Positions 58,701-64,000 of a stretch of DNA of 64,000 nucleotides are shown here, one piece after another. The notes below the pieces were generated by a model. The model was not told the DNA's origin. It searched no databases and saw only the letters and a list, made by a program, of their open reading frames with translations. The stretch spans positions 20,785 to 84,784 of the forward strand of contig SEBU01000008.1 in the NCBI GenBank assembly GCA_004173475.1. Direction: 5' to 3'. The DNA is from Gammaproteobacteria bacterium (lineage in GTDB: Bacteria; Pseudomonadota; Gammaproteobacteria; Pseudomonadales; Cellvibrionaceae). Position numbers and translations under genes: made by a program. Numbering within the stretch: position 1 is the first letter of the stretch; each line of letters opens with the position of its first letter.

Positions 58701-61502
58701 ATGACAATTACGCGTAATAAATTATTGCTCGCAATGCAGACTGCTGTCATTGGTACCGCAGGCTTTACGGCAACATTTTCGCCGGCACTTTTAGCGCAAC
58801 AAAATTCAGAGGACGCGGTACAGGAAGTTGTGGTCATCGGCTCCGCAATTAAACGAAAAGATCTCGAAGGCGCGCTTCCCATCCAGGTGTTAACTGAAGA
58901 AGCGCTCGCTCGAACGGGAGTAGTAACCACAACGGAGCTCATGGATAAAATTCCGGCGATGCAAGGTTTTACGACCGTAGGTGATTCTGTTGGCGGAGGT
59001 GGAGGTGGTATCCGCACTGCTTCTATTCATAGTATTGGTGAAAGTTACACATTGGTTTTATTGAATGGCCGTCGTATGGCCCCAGCTGATTCCGGTAGCG
59101 CAATTGATATTAGTGCGATTCCCATGAGCATGTTGCAACAAGTCGATGTGCTTACCGATGGTGCCGGTGCGCTATACGGCTCGGATGCAATCGCTGGTGT
59201 GGTTAATTTTCAATTGAAAAAAGAGGTGACTGAAACAACTGTTAATTTACGTTACTCGGACCCAACCGCTGGCGCTGGCGAATCATCTGATATCGATATT
59301 ATTACCGGATTTGGCTCGCTCGCTGACGACGGGTACGCGCTGGTTGCAGGCTTTAATCATCACGATCAAAAACAATTAGCTGCACGTGATCGCGATTTTG
59401 CAAAAACAGGCATCATAAAAGTAACCGACCCCAAAACTGGCAAGGCTGGCATTTTCTTTAACGGTTCGGGAAATGCTATTCCCGGAAATGCTACGATCAC
59501 TTTTATTGACCCTAGCGTTGAGGATGATCCAGATACAGAAATTAATGAGAGCGAAACGTCGCGCTCCTTCAATCCATATCAAGTCCAAAACGGGAGCTGT
59601 GCCGAGCATAATTTCCAAGTTGGTACCACCTGTCAATTTGATCACGCCTCAACAATTGAAATCGTTCCTGAATCAACCACGGATTCTTTATTTTTAAATG
59701 GTCATTACAAAGTTAACGATGATTTAACAGCTTACTCAACGCTGGTTTATTCTGAAAACTCTGTAACCTCGCGCATTGCACCTTACCCCACTGGTAATGT
59801 GCCCATTCCACTTGATTCAGCGCTTGTGACTAAATATATCCTCCCTTACATAACTCCTGTTGAAGCGGAAAATTTACTTGATGTGTCCGGAACATGGCGC
59901 GCGTTACCCGCAGAGGGCCGTACGGCGGAATATCTTTCAGACGCGATACATTTGGTATTAGGTTTCGAAGGTAAGTCGGGTGACATTGATTACTCCGGCG
60001 CGTACACCTATGGAAAAAATTCTCAAGAGCAAAATTATCCAACCGGTTGGCTGCTGGGTGATCCTTTTGTTGAATTGGTTTCATCGGGCGGGTTAGATAT
60101 TTTTACAACGCCCGACAACATCAGCGATACAGAAAAAGAGGCGTTGGCTAAAACTGTTTATCACGGCCCTTGGGACTCCTCAGACATGACTATTCATGCG
60201 TTGGAGGGCCAGGCATCGAAACCTTTATTTGAATTGAATGGTGGCAACGCAGTTTTGGCGGCTGGTTTTGATGCTCGTAAATTTACCTATGAGCGCGGTA
60301 TCGCAGAAGCAAATGAAAATGAAACCATTCTTTTTCTGTCTACAGATACGCCCTATGACATGAGCCGTTCGCAATGGGCGTTGTTTAGTGAACTCTTGTT
60401 GCCATTGACTGAAAAAGTTGAGCTTACAGCATCGGTGCGATACGACGAAATTGACGCAGTGGATTCAGAAGGCTTTGGCAAAATCGGTGAAAAAACAGAT
60501 GACACTACTTACAAACTGAGTGGTCGATGGAAAGTCACGGATGAATTTTCTTTCCGTGCGTCATTCGGGACAGGGTTTAAAGCACCGAGTTTGCTTGAGG
60601 TTGCAGAACCACGGACTGAATTCGGTGTAACCTCGGGAGATTATTTGTGCCCGTTCGATAATTCTGACCCTTACGCGGCCTATTGCTTACCGGGTGAATT
60701 TCAACCCAACGTTTATCGCCAAGGTAATGCTGAGTTGCAGCCGGAAACATCTGAGCAGTCTACGGTGGGATTTGTGTTCGCACCAAATAAAAATTTGAGT
60801 TTGACGGTGGATTATTGGAAAGTTGAAATTACCGACGTCGTTGAGCGTTTGACCGAAGAGAAAATCTTTGCAGATCCGGATTTGTATCGCGACCTTTTTA
60901 CCTACAAAACAAATTTAGCGACGGATAAAAAAGAGTTAGCCATTATTCAAGCTGCTGTAAACGGTGGTAAATTTGATGCATCAGGTATCGATTATACGTT
61001 GAGTCATTCATTTGCGTTGGATGTCGGCACGCTCACCGCGTCATTGACCGGAACTTATATGCTGGAGTCAGAAAGTACCTTGAACGGTAGCAGTCTCGGA
61101 AAATTTGGCGGAGATGAAATCGTGACCTTTCGCAACCAGATAAATGTTGGGCTGACGTTGGATCAAAAAATGTTTACCCACAGTATTTCGGTAAATTATA
61201 AATCAGGGTATACGGACCAAGCTCAGACTTATAATTTAATCGATGCTAATGGCGACGTAGATTACTCGACCGATACCGATATTCAACTCGATATTCCGTC
61301 GTATTACACGGTGAATTGGCAATCCAAACTTAAATTGTTGGATGATAAGTTGGGTCTAACTCTTGGCGTCAATAATCTTTTGGACGAGGACCCACCTTTA
61401 TCGCTTCGCACAAATGGTGCCGGCCATCAGGTAGGGTATGACCCACGTTATGCTGATTCTTATGGTCGCACCGTATTTTTGCAAGCCAGCTATAAATTCT
61501 AG
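58701..61502 (+). CDS. TonB-dependent receptor
   Basis: Signal peptide, TonB box EVVVIGS, plug motifs TLVLLNGRR and DGAGALYGSDAIAGVVNF, and GRTVFLQASYKF end. Confidence 0.94.
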   Translation: MTITRNKLLLAMQTAVIGTAGFTATFSPALLAQQNSEDAVQEVVVIGSAIKRKDLEGALPIQVLTEEALARTGVVTTTELMDKIPAMQGFTTVGDSVGGGGGGIRTASIHSIGESYTLVLLNGRRMAPADSGSAIDISAIPMSMLQQVDVLTDGAGALYGSDAIAGVVNFQLKKEVTETTVNLRYSDPTAGAGESSDIDIITGFGSLADDGYALVAGFNHHDQKQLAARDRDFAKTGIIKVTDPKTGKAGIFFNGSGNAIPGNATITFIDPSVEDDPDTEINESETSRSFNPYQVQNGSCAEHNFQVGTTCQFDHASTIEIVPESTTDSLFLNGHYKVNDDLTAYSTLVYSENSVTSRIAPYPTGNVPIPLDSALVTKYILPYITPVEAENLLDVSGTWRALPAEGRTAEYLSDAIHLVLGFEGKSGDIDYSGAYTYGKNSQEQNYPTGWLLGDPFVELVSSGGLDIFTTPDNISDTEKEALAKTVYHGPWDSSDMTIHALEGQASKPLFELNGGNAVLAAGFDARKFTYERGIAEANENETILFLSTDTPYDMSRSQWALFSELLLPLTEKVELTASVRYDEIDAVDSEGFGKIGEKTDDTTYKLSGRWKVTDEFSFRASFGTGFKAPSLLEVAEPRTEFGVTSGDYLCPFDNSDPYAAYCLPGEFQPNVYRQGNAELQPETSEQSTVGFVFAPNKNLSLTVDYWKVEITDVVERLTEEKIFADPDLYRDLFTYKTNLATDKKELAIIQAAVNGGKFDASGIDYTLSHSFALDVGTLTASLTGTYMLESESTLNGSSLGKFGGDEIVTFRNQINVGLTLDQKMFTHSISVNYKSGYTDQAQTYNLIDANGDVDYSTDTDIQLDIPSYYTVNWQSKLKLLDDKLGLTLGVNNLLDEDPPLSLRTNGAGHQVGYDPRYADSYGRTVFLQASYKF

Positions 61503-61555
61503 GTGGGTTACAAACAGCTAGTTGAGAAAAAGGATCTTGTGTAGTATTCCGAAGC

Positions 61556-61583
61556 ACCCGGCAGCTCTGCCGGGTTATTTTTA
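61556..61583 (+). terminator. Stem-loop/terminator between the TBDR and POT transporter genes
   Basis: ACCCGGCAG-CT-CTGCCGGGT followed by TATTTTT. Confidence 0.7.
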
Positions 61584-61674
61584 AAAATTTACCACTCGCA
61601 AAAGGAATTGAAAAAATTAATGTTGAGCATTAAATTCTTATAAATATCAACTCACGAACTGTAAGCCTCTATAT

Positions 61675-63462
61675 ATGAAGTCATCGTCAAGTAGCACTGA
61701 TTTTTTAGGTCATCCCAAAGGGCTTTATATTTGCTTTGCAACAGAAATGTGGGAGAGGTTCTCCTTCTATGGAATGAAATATTTGTTGCTTCTTTACCTC
61801 ACTAAATATCATCTATTTAGTGATGGCGAAGGGTTGGATGTACTAGGAGCTTACGCCGGTTTGGTTTACACCTTGCCCATTATTGGTGGCTTGATTGCCG
61901 ATAAATACTTGGGCACACGCAAAGCAGTTTTGTTTGGTGGGATTTTATTGGCGATAGGCCATTGCCTAATGGCGATTGAGGGGCACCAGGCAGTTTATTA
62001 TGCCGCAAATACAGTGCTCACTGAAAATTTGCGTTTGACTGATGGTCGTGTGATTGCTGCAGGTACGCAGTTAAGTGAAGCTATTACTATGCGTGACACC
62101 CACGCGCTTAATATTTTTTATCTCGCCTTGTCATTTATTGTGGTGGGGGTCGGATTTTTAAAACCAAATATTTCTGTGATCGTTGGAAAGCTTTACCCCG
62201 AAAATGATCCGCGCCGCGATTCAGGTTTTACTATTTTTTATATGGGTATTAATGTCGGTTCCCTCATTTCGACTTTAATTTGCGGTTGGTTGGGTGAAAC
62301 CTACGGCTGGAATTATGGTTTTGGTTTGGCCGGCATTGGCATGATAGCTGGGTTGATTACCTTTATGTACGGCCAAAAACAATTGAAACCTTTTAGTGCC
62401 GAGCCAGATGCAGAGTTGCTCAAAAAACCGTTTTTAAGTGTGTTTAAATTTGAGCACCTATTTTATTTAGGCACGCTTCCCGCCATGGTGGTGGTTTGGT
62501 TTTTAGTGCAGAAAGAACCGGTTGTGCACGTTACCCAAAATATATTTTTGCTCGCGGGTATCGTAGGTATTTTGGCGTTTTCAATGCTGCACCACAATCC
62601 GCTGCAATATCGAGCGCGCGTTATTGGTATATCGCTATTTACGTTTGTGTTGGGTGTTTGTACGGTGTTATCCGAAAATCATTACTTGAATATTCCTGAA
62701 GAATTTTCAGAGCTGCTGGTTTATTTATTGTTGGCGGCCATCGTAATTTTTATTGTGTACGGATATTTATTTCACTACTCAGTAGAGTTTTCGCGCACCT
62801 TGGTGCTAATGATATTAATTGTGTCTACTATTGTATTTTGGTCTCTATTCGAGCAATCGGCAGGCTCCATGACTTTATTTGCAGATCGCTCATTGGATCG
62901 TGAAGTGGCAGGTACAACCATAGTTGCCAGTCAATTTGCTTCACTGAATCCCGCATTTATTATGAGTCTGTCTATCCCTATCGCCTTGTTGTGGCCTTGG
63001 TTAGCTAAACGTAACTTAAACCCGAGTACGCCAGTGAAATTTGCGTTCGGTATAATGTTGGCGGGGTTGGGTTTTGGCGCCTTGGTATTAGGCGCGCAAT
63101 TTCCAAACCACGCAGGCAAAGTGGCTGCCATTTGGTTGGTGCTCGCTTATTTTTTGCATAGCGTGGGGGAGTTATTGGTTTCACCCATTGGTTTGTCGGC
63201 GGTGACAAAATTATCAATTCCACGCGTTGTTAGTGTGAGCATGGGCACCTGGTTTGTTGCCACCGCTTTGTCCGAAACGCTTGCGTTCAGGTTGTCAAAA
63301 CTCGCTGCAGTAGATACCAAAGTGGGCGGAAGTACATCAGCCGAAATTTTGGCAAACTACACAAGTTTATTTAGTACCTTAATGTGGATGGGCATTATTG
63401 CGGGTGCATTCATGTTATTGCTCGCCCCGTTTCTAAAAGCAGCGATGCGCGGAGTCAAATAA
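61675..63462 (+). CDS. POT/PTR family proton-dependent oligopeptide transporter
   Basis: GHPKGL, EMWERFSFYGM (ExxERFxYY), GFLKPNIS, RRDSGFTIFYMGINVG and ELLVSPIGLS. Confidence 0.94.
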   Translation: MKSSSSSTDFLGHPKGLYICFATEMWERFSFYGMKYLLLLYLTKYHLFSDGEGLDVLGAYAGLVYTLPIIGGLIADKYLGTRKAVLFGGILLAIGHCLMAIEGHQAVYYAANTVLTENLRLTDGRVIAAGTQLSEAITMRDTHALNIFYLALSFIVVGVGFLKPNISVIVGKLYPENDPRRDSGFTIFYMGINVGSLISTLICGWLGETYGWNYGFGLAGIGMIAGLITFMYGQKQLKPFSAEPDAELLKKPFLSVFKFEHLFYLGTLPAMVVVWFLVQKEPVVHVTQNIFLLAGIVGILAFSMLHHNPLQYRARVIGISLFTFVLGVCTVLSENHYLNIPEEFSELLVYLLLAAIVIFIVYGYLFHYSVEFSRTLVLMILIVSTIVFWSLFEQSAGSMTLFADRSLDREVAGTTIVASQFASLNPAFIMSLSIPIALLWPWLAKRNLNPSTPVKFAFGIMLAGLGFGALVLGAQFPNHAGKVAAIWLVLAYFLHSVGELLVSPIGLSAVTKLSIPRVVSVSMGTWFVATALSETLAFRLSKLAAVDTKVGGSTSAEILANYTSLFSTLMWMGIIAGAFMLLLAPFLKAAMRGVK

Positions 63463-63515
63463 ATTGTCTACGCACGAATGAGATAAATAAGGTGAGTAAG
63501 TTGAGTAGAAAATTT

Positions 63516-64000
63516 ATGAATTCATTTACGTTTTCGAAAAGTTGTCTTTTTTTGAGTTTCGTTACCTCGGCACTTTTGCTATCTGGATGCGAAAAAAAAG
63601 AAGAAGCCCCGCCGCAAACTCATATAGTTGCGGTTGCACCGAAAATGTCGGTAAATGAATTTATAGACGAGGCTAATAAAAAGCTGGATGTGGCTACGCT
63701 CGAAAACAATACTGCCCAATGGGTATACGAAACATTTATCACTGACGACTCCGCAATAATATCGGCGAAATCAAGCGAGCGTTTTTTAACAACGCAGAAG
63801 GAGCTTCTGGCGCAAGCGCGTGAGTATCAGCAAACACCTATGGATCCCCCCACAGCAAAAGCTTATACGAATCTCACTAAAGGCCTCGATCTTTTACCGC
63901 CGGATAAATCTGAAGAAATTAGTGAACTTGCCGCCTTGGGCACAAAAATGTCTGGCATTTATGGTGCTGCAAAATATTGCAAAGATGAAGCCGCGAAAGA
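63516..64000 (+). CDS. Lipoprotein, probable M2 family (ACE-like peptidyl-dipeptidase) metallopeptidase; truncated by window end
   Basis: Own translation: MNSFTF...LLLSG|CEKK lipobox, AQWVYETFITDDS, ELAALGTKMSGIYGAAKYC. The HExxH motif is not within the window. Confidence 0.65.
   Translation, partial: MNSFTFSKSCLFLSFVTSALLLSGCEKKEEAPPQTHIVAVAPKMSVNEFIDEANKKLDVATLENNTAQWVYETFITDDSAIISAKSSERFLTTQKELLAQAREYQQTPMDPPTAKAYTNLTKGLDLLPPDKSEEISELAALGTKMSGIYGAAKYCKDEAAK

Noticed and set aside
58990-59012. Gly6 run in the TonB receptor
   Set aside because: It is encoded by mixed codons, not a slippage-prone repeat, and Gly-rich plug segments are usual in this receptor type.
1-64000. CRISPR arrays, IS/transposases, integrases, attC sites, tRNA/rRNA genes, REP families
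   Set aside because: None seen by eye. The palindromes found are single-copy terminators, and GGTTCGA near 35498 lacks a tRNA cloverleaf. tRNAscan/Infernal/ISEScan would be needed to exclude these formally.

Overview
A chromosomal window (AT-leaning by eye) from a gammaproteobacterium. Gene order and protein style suggest Cellvibrionaceae/Pseudomonadales; this is inference. It is mostly housekeeping and envelope genes: murJ-ribF-(mgtC-like)-ileS-fkpB-ispH; a type IV minor pilin cluster (divergent fimT, then fimU-pilV-pilW-pilX-pilY1-pilE); ubiX-hmgL-DUF2288-pilR; mpl; an OlsF-like acyltransferase; serB; fimX/fimW; amgK-murU; lptD-surA-pdxA-rsmA-apaG-apaH; a rimK operon; a GAF-PAS-GGDEF-EAL protein; hisC; a LysR-linked oxidoreductase cluster; and a TonB-dependent receptor/POT transporter/M2 peptidase locus cut by the window end. 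I saw no CRISPR array, IS, integrase, tRNA or rRNA, and no clearly new multi-gene system. The best leads are non-coding or syntenic: 11-bp-periodic Pho-box arrays ahead of a secreted phosphodiesterase and the OlsF-like gene; a hairpin-dense ~430 bp region downstream of LexA-controlled yebG; a sigma54 promoter with NtrC-like sites ahead of the peptide-uptake locus; a 1-nt frameshift splitting a membrane-domain/epimerase fusion; no lspA or pilS at their usual loci; a FimT with a GRxR motif and Asp5; and a PilY1 with a degenerate Ca-binding loop. All family calls come from motif recognition by eye, not from database searches.
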